64,000 nt of DNA, taken from assembly GCA_030704615.1 (NCBI GenBank), contig CM060732.1, positions 17,546,001 through 17,610,000 on the forward strand. Reading direction: 5' to 3'. Below, in pieces: positions 1 through 12,800 of this stretch (position 1 is the first letter of the stretch; each line of letters starts with the position of its first letter). The DNA comes from Takakia lepidozioides. Lineage: Eukaryota; Plantae; Bryophyta. Under the pieces are notes generated by a model that ran no database searches, was not told the origin of the DNA, and was given only the letters and a program-made list of their open reading frames with translations. A program made the position numbers and the translations under genes.

Positions 1-2385
1 TTGCAACTCCAGGATGTGCTTCTCTTGATCAGCTTCAATCTGCCTGTATTGCTTGAAAGTATCCTCATTGCGACAGATTGTATTCTTCATATCGACAATG
101 AGTTTCATTTGCTCAACATTCTCTGCTTCTGCCTTCATACTTTTTTCTGCTTGACTGTTTATTTCTTTTGTAGTTTGGTCAAGCATAGTTGTGAGTGTAG
201 CACATTGTATGGCCATCCTATCATGCACTGTCTGCAACTCCGTATGTAGTGCATTCACTTCTTGCAACTTGCTTTCATGCTGCACCTGCATTTGGTATAG
301 CTGTTGCTTATGTGCTTCGTGCAACTGGTCTTGCGCGAGGCCTGCCTCAATCAATTGTTCCTTGGCCAATTGCAAAGCCGCTTCTGTATTCTCCAAGTCT
401 TGCTGCATCTTGAGAGTGACCTCCTCATCGACCTTGTTTGCACACTCAGTGGCTAGTCGAGCCTCAAACTCCTTCCTGAGTTCCTCTCTCAAGGCTGTCA
501 ATTGGGTAGTTGGAACATGGGATTTGACATAAGTCCCCAACAAATTAAGTGTCCTGCCTATGGAACTCATCAGCATTGCCTGTTGAGGGTCATCATGGTG
601 AAGTTGCTGTTGTTCCTCCTGATCCTCAACCGTGTGATGTCTCACGAACCACTCAGGCCATTGTCCCACCGGATTTTCTTCCTGAACCACTTCATCCATC
701 ACCGGTGCTACAGTGTCTTGACATTCTACCTGTGGTACCTCCGACACAGGTGTGTGTATTATATGCACCTCAGGATTTCCCTTGGGCAACTGTTGCACCT
801 CTGGAATCTCTGTCTCCTTGACCAGACCAGAATATTCATAGAGAAGGTCCCCCTTCTCAATTTCTGCCACTATCTGTTCTGTAGTTGGAATATCTAACCC
901 TTCTTTTTCCAAATCAATTATTTCTGGTTGAGCTGCATGGACAACTTGTAACCTTGTGACAAGCCGATCATCTGGCTGTGATGGCTGTGATACTGAAGTA
1001 ACTTCATCTTCCCTCTCTGAAGGTCCTGCTTCTAGTAATAGCAGTTCTCTGTGCTGCTGTGCCCCTTCCTACACAAAAACTTGGGAAACATTATCATGCG
1101 GATTCCGTGAAGCCAGTGGATCCGCCACTACAGTCTTTCCCCGCCTCTGTCTCTTATTCTCGTGTTGTCCTGCCATTCCACCCTCACTGTGTGAAGAGCC
1201 TTGCTCTTCCATTGCAATGGTTTCTGGCTCAAACACTCCCATCTCCTTTCTTTCTCGAGCATCAAGGATGCCAGAATCAAGAATTATTTGAGCAATGATT
1301 GGGCCAGACACTATGATAGGAGACTTTGCGGCAGTACCCTGTAATCTTTTCATCTCCTCTACCAGTGCGTTGTACATTATGTCCGCCCATTCTACCTCTT
1401 CTCCTCTCAGGGCTTTGAGTATTTCCTCTGTGAAGGATCTGCTCAAATACTGTTGGTTCTGTTTCATGGCAAACAGAACGTTCAATACCTGGCCTACCTC
1501 CTTAAGCCCTGGGTACACGGCCTTGGTACAAGCATAACCCTGAGTTTTAAAGAAACTCCCTTCTTGGAATAAGTCCCTTATTTGCAGTCTTGCCCTGTGC
1601 TCCTCCACATGCACCTGGCCTGCTGGCAATCGAAACAATTGCTGTAGGTATAGGGGAGTAATTACTAATTCAACTCCCTTCACCGTTGTTGCTCCTGTCC
1701 TTGGCTCAAAGTTCTGTAAGAATTGTAATATGTACTGTCTATGGTGCAATGTCCAATCTTTGCTTTGCAATCCTTGCAATCTCAGCTCCTTCAGTATCTG
1801 CATCGTCTGTGGGGTAGCAATTGTTTGTTTCTGCAGAATTGTGGTGCTCTTCACCCTGATTTCCTCCATTCCTCTCACTCTCTTCATTCTAGACCCACAG
1901 AAATGTTTTGGCTGTAACAATTGAAGAAATGCCTGTAGTGCACAAAGCATAAACGTATGGTTGCCACAAAAAGCTATGGGTAATTTCTTGTAAGCCTGCG
2001 GGGCTTGCAAGCATCGATCAAGATAAAAGCTTCACTCTGTTCTTTCGTGTCTATGCCACTGCGTAAGTAATATTGCGAGCGTATAGTCTGTTAGTTCCTC
2101 CATAGCTTCAAAGCTATAGCATTGATGGTCTGTCCCGTCGAGACGCCCGTTACTTAGAACGACGCCGACTCTTGCGCTTAAATTCCCTCTAATTTCTTGA
2201 TCCTTTTTTTGGTTTTCGATTGGCTGTAACCGCTGTGACTGAATTTTTAATTTAATTTTCTTTAGTGGACTTTCCCTGCTGGATTGTCCCCTAGGATCAC
2301 ACATGTGACAAGAATTTCGCTTTTCTGTACTTGTTGTTTGTTCCATTCCCCTTTTTCCGTATTCATTAATGGGCCCGCCATTCAT
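1..2385 (-). pseudogene. Extra (env-like position) ORF of gypsy copy A, frameshifted
   Basis: ORFs 2032-2385 and 1069-2010 (QAPQAYKKLPIAFCGNH...GEEVEWADIMYNAL) match copies B, C and D. The frame is broken near 2030 and 1070. Confidence 0.85.
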
Positions 2386-2571
2386 CCGAATTGACGCGCT
2401 AAGTAGGTACGGCCATCTTTGTCCTCTTTCTTGATGACATCTGTTCTTGCACTTCCTTCTCAGCTGTGTGTCGCGCCCTGACTTCCACGTGTCTATTTTT
2501 AAACTGGTTTCCGTCCTTTTCTTCCGTCGGCCATTTCCCTGAAGTTATTGTGCGTCCACCTGTCACTGATT

Positions 2572-3546
2572 CTATGGATCGTGTAACCCTAGTAGGTTGT
2601 GTTGAGCTGTGACAGGCTGTGTCATACTGTGGTACGCTGTGATAGGCTGTGATGCACTGTGGTAAGCTGTGATAGCCTGTGACACGCCGTGCTGGGCTGT
2701 GATAGGCTGTGTTGCGCCGTGTTGGGCTGTGATAGGCTGTGTCATGTTGTGATGGGCTGTGATAGGCTGTGTTTCGCCTTGATAGGCTGTGATAGGCTGT
2801 GATAGGCTGTGATAGGCTGTGTCACGTCGTGATGGACTGTGATAGGCTGTGTTTCGCCTTGATGGGCTGTGATAGGCTGTGTCACGCTTGTTCTGCCCGC
2901 CCTGGTCATATATGCTTGGCCTAGCGACAAGTGCTCCATACTCCGTTGGTAACACTGGCGCAGTCTGTGACTGCTCTTGCGTTTCAACATGCAAATCATG
3001 CTGCAATGGTTTGTCATGGATACCACTATACCCTTTCAACTTATTGGCATTGACTCTTCCCAGCATTTCTTTGTTAATGGTTTGTAACATGGCGGTGTTG
3101 TTATCATACATCTTTTGTATGACATAAGGTCCTTTCCATGGTGATTTAAGCTTAGAAGCTTTAATCTTTCCCTTCTTCTGCAGCCATAGAACCAAATCTC
3201 CCGTCTTAAAAGTCTTTAACTTGCCTTCATCAAACTGTTCCTTCCTCTTCATCTGAATTCTGGTCATATTATCAGCTGCATCAGCACGTACTTCTTCCAC
3301 ATGGTATAATTCATGTTTCCTGACCTTAATGGAATCTTGCAATTCCATTCTCTTTCCCCACTCCGTTCTCATGGTAGGTAACATGAATTCCACTGGAAGT
3401 AAGGCTTCCATACCATAAACTAATTGGAATGGTGTATACTTAGTGCTGACTTTATATGAAGTCATGTATGACCACAAAGCTGTCAACAGCTTTGTATCCC
3501 AATCCGTTCTGTTTGCATTGACTATCTTAGCCAAGATAGTACATAG
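2572..3546 (-). CDS. Integrase C-terminal part (RTDWDTKL...TPFQLVYG...WKGPYVI) plus repeat linker
   Basis: End of the rve core and GPY/F motif in ORF 2572-3570. Confidence 0.85.
   Translation of the reverse strand, partial: LCTILAKIVNANRTDWDTKLLTALWSYMTSYKVSTKYTPFQLVYGMEALLPVEFMLPTMRTEWGKRMELQDSIKVRKHELYHVEEVRADAADNMTRIQMKRKEQFDEGKLKTFKTGDLVLWLQKKGKIKASKLKSPWKGPYVIQKMYDNNTAMLQTINKEMLGRVNANKLKGYSGIHDKPLQHDLHVETQEQSQTAPVLPTEYGALVARPSIYDQGGQNKRDTAYHSPSRRNTAYHSPSRRDTAYHSLSQPITAYQGETQPITAHHNMTQPITAQHGATQPITAQHGVSQAITAYHSASQPITAYHSMTQPVTAQHNLLGLHDP
2605..2886. repeat. Tandem 10-bp/30-bp repeat (GATAGGCTGT family) downstream of integrase
   Basis: Visible array; same array at 11085-11345, 14595-14800 and 46525-46710. 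Confidence 0.9.
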
Positions 3547-3600
3547 GGGGGCTGCTATTTCATGAGCCATGAGCCATGAGCGGCATGAGCCATGAGCAGA
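3547..3600 (+). repeat. Element terminus with CATGAGC subterminal repeats
   Basis: Matches termini at 14593(-), 23766(-), 33928(+) and 49254(+). Confidence 0.8.
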
Positions 3601-4009
3601 GTCGTAAGTGTGGAAAAAAACATGAGCAGCACTATTTTCCGGAAATGAGTGTCCGCGGGAATAGGGTTTAGGGTGCCACGGTCATAGGGGGAGAAGGACC
3701 TCCCGATGAAGGAGGTTCGGCAATGTTATTTAGAATTATATATTGAAAGGCAATGTTTCGCGAATGGTAGGGTGGTACTGCTCTGTACAATGGGGGCCCA
3801 TTTCAGCCTACCAGCCATTTGCAAAATTCACCCACACTCCCAATCCCAAACGAAATGAGCAATGACGCATTCTCGGAACAATGGACACAGAATAGAATAA
3901 AAAGAGGGCACAATGAGGTTTTTATTGATCCACATGAATTGCATTTGAAGCACGTCTACTGTGCTGATTGTGCCCTCAAATCTTGAGCCCTGTGCCTACT
4001 GAATACAAG

Positions 4010-4980
4010 TCACGTTGTCAATGGGACTTCGACTGCTCTCAGAACTAGCTCATGAGTCCTGGGGCTCCTCCATGTAAAGTCGATTGCAGCCGTTGTACCG
4101 CCCCTAGTGATGTTCACCACAATGTCCTGCCCTTCAATCATACCACCATCGAATATGGAAATCTTCACGTTTTCGTCGTCCACACCAATGCGAATGTCCC
4201 CATACAATGGAGAAGAGGAGCGCACTCCTCGAGGAGAATAGGTCTCTCCGATGGAGTCCACCCACGTCCAGTGGCAGCAGTTCCACCGCAACAGCATAGC
4301 AGTGCGCCTTCTTCTGCATGGGTGACCGTCGTAGCTGGGAAAATCGGAATCGAGGATGCGCAGGAGCCACGGACTCCTCAAACCAAGATCGTCACCCCGC
4401 TCGAAGGCGTAGTGGCCTACGATATACTCAAAAGCCACCAATGTTTCCACAATCGAACCAGTATCTTCTGTGTAATCTGTGTACCAGATAACAATGTCTC
4501 CCGATGTGGCCGAATACATTGCATAATCGATGCCTCCAAAGGGGCAGTCGTCCCGGTTCCGGAAGCACGGCATCCTTGCAAAGGAGGACCTGAGGACGAC
4601 TTGGATGCCGATGACCTTGCGGACAGCTACGAAGCCCTTAGATTTTGGAAAAGATACGAAGCGGAAGAGCAGTCCGGCCTCCAAAATGGAGCATCTGGGT
4701 CACACGTACCCACCGACGGAGGTGGAACGTGTTCATCACGCCAGCGGTGGATGAAGCCATACATCTTTCTCATCAACAAGTTATAGTTTGAGATCTGCCA
4801 CCGAAGTCCATCCCCCCGGATGGAAATTCGGCGCCGCATTTACATCGAAGAGGGGATGGACTTCGTCGTGTCCAGTGGCTATCGGCCCACCTGGCAGTGA
4901 CTGCCCATAGTTTGCATGGCAGGGTAGGAAACTGAAACGGCTACATTCATGCAGCAGCCAATCTTCATCGGTCCAGGATC
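4010..4980 (-). pseudogene. Unknown cargo ORF of the DNA element, interrupted by in-frame stops
   Basis: ORFs 4781-5107 and 4010-4684 lie in the same frame. Composition is protein-like; no domain recognised. Confidence 0.4.
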
Positions 4981-5201
4981 CTGTACGGGGGAAATTTAAA
5001 TGTGCCCTGGAGTGTGCCCTGGAATGTACCTCACTTCTGTATGACTGTGTTTCATTGTGTTGAATAACTCTCGGATTTGGCCCACTGTTTACAATTTGAT
5101 GTCTCATTTCTACAATTTGTCTGTCTGGTTGAATAAAGCAGAGTAACCGGTATGTGAGTCATGTGTCAAGAATATACCAGAGTAACGCCATGTCGGACAT
5201 T

Positions 5202-6010
5202 GAAATGCGGCGCCGCATTTCCATGTCGGGATCGAAATGCGGCGCCGCATTTCCATGTCGGGATCGAAATGCGGCGCCGCATTTCCATGTCGGGATCGAA
5301 ATGTGGCGCCGCATTTCCATGTCCGCATCGAAATGCGGCACCGCATTTCCATGTCGGACATCGAAATGCGGCACCGCATTTCCATGTGGGACAAGAAAAT
5401 GCGGTGCATCATTTCCGTCCAGGTACACGAAATACCAACACGGGTCTATAAATTGATCAGAAAACGAGGTTGGCATTGCAAATGCGGCGACGCATTTCCA
5501 GCTTGGAATGGAAACTTCTTTTTGGACAAGGGAATGCGGTGCCGCATTTCCGTCCAACACTTCGAAAAGTGCACCTATTTCCGACCAGCGCGATGGAATG
5601 CGTTACCGCATTTCCGAGAGAGGGTCTGCAAATTGACAAATTGCGATGTCCGTTCTGGAAATGCGGCGCCGCATTTCCATGTCCGTCATCGACTTTTTTT
5701 TTACAATGGAATGCGGTGCCAGTTTTTGCTGATGGGTCTGCAGTTCGAACAACCACCATCCCCAATATGGAAATGCGGCACCGCATTTCCAATCCCGCCA
5801 TGTCGGCCTCCTTGTTCGACCTCCTTGTTCGACCTCTGTAAGCGTGGTGGCATCCATGCAATGAGCGGGAGAGGCCAAAACTGGCGTGTGGACAAAGAAA
5901 TTTTGGAAATGCGGCACCGCATTCCCAATTCAGATTACTTTTTACTATGCCAACATTGAAATGGAAAAATTAGTCCCTCCCCTGTTTTGGAAATGCGGTG
6001 CCGCATTTCC
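5202..6010. repeat. Array of 20-bp palindromes GAAATGCGGCGCCGCATTTC (32-bp period at 5202-5380, then dispersed)
   Basis: Copies start at 5202, 5234, 5266, 5298 and 5330; variants with a GGCACC/GGTGCC centre continue to ~6010. Confidence 0.95.
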
Positions 6011-6198
6011 AAAAGAGGTTCTTAGAGTTGCCAAAATTTTGGAAATGCCCTGACCCATTTCTGATTTTGGGAGCGTCCTGGTTTGGGCGATTGTGTGGCT
6101 GGAATGCACACTGGAGAGGGGTCACGAATATCGGGCAGAATTTTCTTTATATACTCTGGAAGAGAATTTACATTTACAGAGACTTCATTAAAATTCTA

Positions 6199-9100
6199 TT
6201 AATCTTGAAAATCATCGGAATCCTCATCCTGTTCTAGACTGTCCTGCTCCTCCTCCACCCCCTCAGTGCCTCTCTCATCTCCAGCGGACTGCTCGTTGGC
6301 CAGGCTTTCGAAAATCCCATCTTCCCCTTGCGGAACTGTCCATCTCACCTCCGTTGGGTCGTCCTCCTCCCTGTCTGCGTCGCTCTCATCCGCTGAATCA
6401 CATATGTACTTTCGTACCCGTCTACATGTCTGAGCTGCTGCCAACTCTTTCCTTCCTTCTGTCCTCCCTAGCCCTCTCCAAAATCTGCTCTACTTTACTG
6501 GGATTCTCACTTCTTCTAATCGCTGTATTTGCGAGTTTAGCTGCATAACTAGGAAGGGAGTAGTCCCTCACCGGCTCGTCATGAAGTCGGCCCTCGCAAA
6601 GAACGGGACATTCTTCCTGGCAGGAAGTGTAGGCCCTACATGTTTCGACCCGGACCCTGCAATCCTGCACATGACAATCATCACGAGACTAATGAGAACC
6701 ACAGTCGGGAAATTCCTTTGACATAAATGACCCAGAAGGCTTTGCAAACTTACAATGTTTGCACTCACTCGTATTCCGGGTTCTCCTCTGCATCAATGTC
6801 CACTGTGTCTTCCTCGGACTCCGACGAATCCGAGGAGACTTCCGCTCTGTCGGGAGCCTTCACATTCCGTTGCAGCCCCTCCAGATGGGATCCCCACACG
6901 GATGAATCCTCCTCGTAGGCAAAGAGGTGGCGGTCGGAAAACTCGCCAGCCCACATTGAGGCACCTGTTACAATGCCATCCACACATTACCACATGGCGC
7001 TTCAGATGTTGCGAACTACATCCTAACGAGAATTTGCAGAACAGCAGAGATCAAGATTCTGCATACCTGTCCCACAGATGAGGTCCAGCACTGTGCCCTC
7101 CACGTCTGTGCATGTCTCCATAATTGTCTGAATGAAGGCAGGGCTCTGAGTCCGTAAGTACCCGCAGGGGTTCCGTTGAAGTGAGGCTATGAGGGAGAAG
7201 TTCCTTGGGAACGTTGTTGAACAGAACGTCGTAATCGAGTGGGTCGCAGTTCGGGTCAACCTTTCCTCCCTCCTTCCGGAAAGCAAAGGTGGAGTTTTCC
7301 TTCACAAAGCAGTATGCATCGACTGCTTCGTCTGCATACACAGGGGGGAAACGATTAGAAACCGAATGCGGCACCGCATTTGAAAGCACCCAAGCAAATG
7401 AATGGACGAGTGCCATTGTCGTAATCACCTTCTTCCCTTCTGACCGAAGGCCCAGTGTGTTGATGCACGTCCACTTCTTTTTCAGAATCGGGACGGCGCT
7501 CTTGCGGGTCCACTTCGCATTCTTGTCTGAGTGTTTTTTTTCCCTCTGCTCGCCAGGACAACCACACAGCACTCTCTGTCGTCCAACACCATGCGGGCAA
7601 GCCCGAATCCTTCTTCCAAAAGTCCTCCGAGTACCTGTTCCAAGATGGCAAACTTGCAGTCCTTCCACAGGCTCTCCGTCCGGAATATCCAAGATGATCA
7701 TATCGCAAGACCACTCGGTGGCATTTCCTTCCGCCCCTCCTACAATCCTTGTCTGCACACACACCCTCTCAAAGAACGAGACCATATTCTGAATCCTGGG
7801 GTGTCGAAGGCTCTTTCGGCAGTCGCCTTCTTCAGTGCTCTGCCCTTCAGACCATCCATGGGTCTTCATGTATGCCAACTTGGCTGCCCGTCCATCCAAA
7901 GCCGCCCGAAACTCTCATTTACAACACTGGACTACAGTTTCGGGAGCCACTTCGGCCTCTTCATTTCCACCGGCTCGAAAGGGTGCCCCCTGGGGGGTTG
8001 AAGAGTGCCTTCTTTGCCGAGCCAGTTCTCGTGCCCTGGTGACAACGGTGGGCACAGGGGAGGCAGCCTGCGTTTGGGGGGGTGGGCTGTTGCAAAGTCT
8101 CCATCGGAGTCCTCTCCTCACCACCTCTTCCTGACAGGCTGTTCTGCTTCTTTGTTTTGGGGGTGTCACAACAGCTGCTCCTTCCTTGCTGGCGAGTCCT
8201 CTCTCTTCGACCCCTTCTGTTGGGCCGCACAGCTGCATCCACCGTCTTTTGTGGCCATCTCAGCTGCCTTTCTGGATTCTTCCAGCAGCAGCAGATTCCT
8301 TTGCCGACTTTGGCCCAGCAGGGACACGTCTTTCCTTTCTCTTCTCTTCTGCCAATGCGTGCAGATCTTTCTCAGACTCGTCAACAATACCGCCAGACAT
8401 GTCCAGGTACCACGGGCATCCAACGAGATGCGCGGGATGCCATTGTTTCTGCATCTCGGGTGTGTAGACACAGCTTGGGCCCGCCACGGTCCAAGCCATG
8501 AAGAACGGGGGCTCTTGAGCCAGGGCCCCTGTCTGAAGGAGCACGTATTTCATATACCTGCAGGCAGTCAGCATCGTGAGCAAAACTTGAGACCAACCTA
8601 CTGGCAGAGTGTCACCGAAAACATAAAATGCGAATGCCGGTGCCGCATTTCCGAGACAAACCTCGTAACCAGGCTTCGCATACAAGGGCAGCTGTGCTTC
8701 ACCTGTAAACAATTCGCATTGCAGCTTTCCCCGCTCCCTCCTGATGTGTAAACTCCACGCTCCTTCTTGCTGTCTGTAGCTCTCTGGCGAAAAGGTTGTC
8801 CTTGTACGCACATCTGAAACGTGTCACGTAGTCTTCCAATGTCTGTGTTCCATCCCATTTGACGTACAAGAGCCGAACGAATTTGTGTGCATTACGACTT
8901 GCCTCCTTTGCATTCGACATTACCTGCCATTCCCAAATGCATTGTCCGTAGCAGTTCAGGGAATTCATGTCAGAAAAGCAAATCTGGGAAGTACCTTGAA
9001 TTACCTGGAACCACCAAGTCATACGGTTGAGCCACACATCCACTGCAGGGTCGGAAACTTCCAGTGGAAAAGACCACATTGTCCTTATGCTCGCTCGGAT

Positions 9101-9390
9101 GCATTCCAGATCGACTGCCACCGTGTCTGCCATTTCCGATCCATGTCAGTGGCTGGAAGAGAGTGGCTATTGCTAGGAAGGAAATTCAGTGCATTGAAAC
9201 CTCACCTTCTCTTTCTCCTCCACACATGCCCGTTGAGAGGTGATGCAGTTTTCTCCAATTGCATGGTCGGCTGCATTGCCCGAGAATAGTGTTTTGCAAT
9301 CTCGGGGATGAAGTCCTTCCAAGTGCGGATCTGCAATTGCCACCAGCTTCACAAGCTTTGACTTGTATTTTGGTTCTGGACTTGACACCG
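6199..9390 (-). pseudogene. Spliced gene with C-terminal beta-class amino-DNA-methyltransferase-like (N6_N4_Mtase) domain, copy 1
   Basis: DMIILDIPDG at the motif IV position. SPAFIQTIMETCTDVEGTVLDLICGT, then GT-AG intron 7066-6965, then GASMWAGEFSDRHLFAYEED (motifs X-I-II). Acidic tail. Frameshifted; the N-terminal region 7900-9390 is unrecognised and its inclusion is inferred. Confidence 0.65.
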
Positions 9391-9393
9391 GTC

Positions 9394-9893
9394 NNNNNNN
9401 NNNNNNNNNNNNNNNNNNNNNNNNNNNNNNNNNNNNNNNNNNNNNNNNNNNNNNNNNNNNNNNNNNNNNNNNNNNNNNNNNNNNNNNNNNNNNNNNNNNN
9501 NNNNNNNNNNNNNNNNNNNNNNNNNNNNNNNNNNNNNNNNNNNNNNNNNNNNNNNNNNNNNNNNNNNNNNNNNNNNNNNNNNNNNNNNNNNNNNNNNNNN
9601 NNNNNNNNNNNNNNNNNNNNNNNNNNNNNNNNNNNNNNNNNNNNNNNNNNNNNNNNNNNNNNNNNNNNNNNNNNNNNNNNNNNNNNNNNNNNNNNNNNNN
9701 NNNNNNNNNNNNNNNNNNNNNNNNNNNNNNNNNNNNNNNNNNNNNNNNNNNNNNNNNNNNNNNNNNNNNNNNNNNNNNNNNNNNNNNNNNNNNNNNNNNN
9801 NNNNNNNNNNNNNNNNNNNNNNNNNNNNNNNNNNNNNNNNNNNNNNNNNNNNNNNNNNNNNNNNNNNNNNNNNNNNNNNNNNNNNNNNNNNNN
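9394..9893. other. Assembly gap (500 N)
   Basis: Round-number N run; adjacency and orientation across it are unverified. Confidence 0.99.
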
Positions 9894-12800
9894 CATAAAG
9901 GAGTGGCTGGAGGTCATTTTGGAGAAGAGACTACAAGTAGGAAGATACTACTCGCAAGTTACTGGTGGCCTACTTTGTTCAAAGATGACACGAGTATTGT
10001 CAGAGTTGTGATGAATGTCAGAGGCTAGACCTTTGCAGAGATCTGGAAGGATGGCCTTGCATCCTACAATGCACTAGGAACCATTTCAGAAATGGGGACT
10101 AGACTTTGTTGGACCGATAAACCCACCAGCCAAGAATACACGGAACAAGTACATAATTACAGCCACTGATTATACTACAAAGTGGGTGGAAGCTAAAGCT
10201 TTGAGGGACAACACAGCCAAGTCCACAGCAAGGTTCCTGTATGAGAACATACTTACACGATTTGGCTGTCCCTTAGAATTTATCAGTGATCAGGGAAGTC
10301 ACTTCATGAATGAGACCATTGAGTTGTTGACTAAAGAGTTCATGATTGTGCATAGAAAGAGTACAACATATTACCCACAAGGTAATGGGCAAGCAGAGGC
10401 TACCAACAAAATATTATGTACTATCTTGGTTAAGATAGTCAATGCAAACAGAACGGATTGGGATACAAAGCTGCTGACAGCTTTGTGGTCATATAGGACT
10501 TCATAAAGTCACCCACTAAGTATACACCATTCCAATTAGTTTATGGTATGGAAGCCTTACTTCCAGTGGAATTCCTGTTACCTAGTATATGAGAACGAGA
10601 GGTGGGGAAAGAGAATGGAATTGCAAAATTCCATTAAGGTCAGGAAACATGAATTATACCATGTGGAAGAAGTACGTGCTGATGCAGCTGATAATATGAC
10701 CAGAATTCAGATGAAGAGAAAGAACAGTTTGATGAAGGCAAGTTAAAGATTTTTAAGACGGGGGATTTGGTTCTATGGTTGCAGAAAAAGGGAAAGATTA
10801 AAGCTTCTAAGCTTAAATCACCATAGAAATGACCTTATGTCATACAAAAGATGTATGATAACAACACCGCCATGTTACAAACCATTAACAAAGAAATGCT
10901 GGGAAGAGTCAATGCCAATAAGTTGAAGGGGTACAGTGGTATCCATGACAAACCATTGCAGCATGATTTGCATGTTGAAACGCAAGAGCAGTCACGGGCT
11001 GCTGCACCAGTGTTACCAACGGAGTATGGAGCACTTGTCGCTAGGCCAAGCATATATGACCAGGGCGGGCGGACAAGGCGAAGCACAGCCTATCACAGCC
11101 ATCAAGGCAAACAACACCTATCACAACCCATCACAACGTGACACAGCCTATCACAGCCCAGCACGGCACAACACGCCTATCACAACCTACCAACGCGTGT
11201 CACAGCCTATCACAGCCTACCACAGTACAACACAGCCTATCACAACCTACCACAGCGTGTCACAGCCTATCACAGCTTACCACATTGCATCACAGCCTAT
11301 CACAGCGTACCACAGTATGACACAGCCTGTCACAGCTCAACACAGCCTACTAGGGTACACGATCCATAGAATCAGTGACAGGTGGACGCATAATAACTTC
11401 AGGAAAATGGCTGATGGAATAAAAAAACGGAAACTAGTTTAAATAGACACGTGGAAGTCAGGGCGCGACACACAGCTGAGAAGGAAGTGCAAGAACAGGT
11501 GTCATAAAGAAAGAGGACAAGAACGGCCGTCAAAGGGATGAAAGTCGGGCCCATTAATGAATACGGAAAAAGGGAAACGGAACGAACGGCAAGTACAGAA
11601 AAGCGAAATTCTTGTCACATGTGTGATCCAAGTGGACTATCCAGCAGGGAAAGTCCACTAAAGAAAATAAAAATCTAAATATCCAGTCACAGCGGATACA
11701 GCCAATAGAAAACAGAGAAAGGATCAAGAAAATGGAGGGAAATTGAGCGCAAGAGCGGCGTCGTTCTGAGTAACGGGCGTCTCGGCGGGACAGACCATCA
11801 ATGCTATAGCTTGGAAACTATGGAGGAACTAACAGACTATACGCTCGCAATATTACTTACGCAGTGGCATAGACACGAAAGAACAGAGCGGAGCTTTTCT
11901 CTTGAGCGATGCTTGCAAGCCCGCAGGCTTACAAGAAATTACCCATAGCTTTCTGTGGCAACCATACGTTTATGCTTTGTGCACTACAGGCATTTCTGCA
12001 GTTGTTACAGCCAAAACATTTCTGTGAGTCTAAAATGAAGAGAGTGAGAGGAATGGAGGAAACCAGGGTGAAGAGCACCACAATTCTGCAGAAACAAACG
12101 ATTGCTACCCCACAGGCAATACAAATACTGAAGGAGCTGAGATTGCAAGGATTGCAAAGCATAGATTGGACATTACACATAGACAGTACATGTTACATTT
12201 TTGCAGAACTTTGAGCCAAGGACAGGAACAACAACGGTGAAGGGAGTTGAATTAGTGATTACTCCCCTGTACCTCCAGCAATTGTTTCGATTGCCAGCAG
12301 GTCAGGTGCATGTGGAGGAACACAGGGCAAGACTGCAAATAGGGGATTTATTCCAAGAAGGGAGTTTCTTTAAAACTCAGGGTTATGCTTGTACCAAGGC
12401 TGTGTACCCAGGGCTAAAGGGGTAGGCCAGGTATAGAACGTTCTGATTGCCATGAAACAGAACCAACAGTATTTGAGCAGATCCTTCACGGAGGAAATAC
12501 TCAAAGCCCTGAAGGGACAAGAGGTACAATGGGCGGACATAATGTACAACGCACTGGTGGAGGAGATGAAAAGATTACAAGGTACTACCGCAAAGTCTCC
12601 TATCATAGTGTCTGGCCCAATCATTGCTCAAATAATTCTTGATTCTGGCATACTTGATGCGCAAGAAAGAAAGGAGATGGGATTGTTTGAGCCAGAAACC
12701 ACTGCAATGGAAGAGCAAGGCTCTTCACACAGTGAGGGTGGACTAGCAGGGCAACCCGAGACTAAGAGGCAGAGACGGGGAAAGACTGTAGTGGCGGATC

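Larger units (their letters stand above)
1..3546 (-). mobile_element. Ty3/gypsy LTR retrotransposon, family 1, copy A (integrase C-terminus, repeat linker, extra ORF; runs off window start)
   Basis: Near-identical to copy D (42435-49253). Homology stops after 'gatagtacatag' at 3546, where a DNA-transposon terminus begins. Confidence 0.92.
3547..9393. mobile_element. Mutator-like DNA element fragment 1 (terminus, cargo ORF, palindrome array, MTase-like gene; ends at gap)
   Basis: Starts GGGGGCTGCTATTTCATGAGCCATGAGCC at the gypsy breakpoint. Terminus and palindromes are shared with fragment 4, which encodes the SWIM transposase end. Confidence 0.7.

Noticed and set aside
4052-4786. 244-aa plus-strand ORF
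   Set aside because: His/Pro/Val-rich shadow of the minus-strand frame; no independent support.
5110-6237. Many overlapping ORFs (MRRRISM, KCGAAF, NAAPHF)
   Set aside because: Artefacts of the stop-free palindrome array. The same applies to short ORFs in the CACAGCC and hairpin arrays.
9186-10028. ORFs spanning the N run
   Set aside because: Gap artefacts.
9894-12450. Dense frameshifts in copy B as programmed recoding
   Set aside because: Scattered 1-bp indels next to a contig end; more likely sequencing error or decay.
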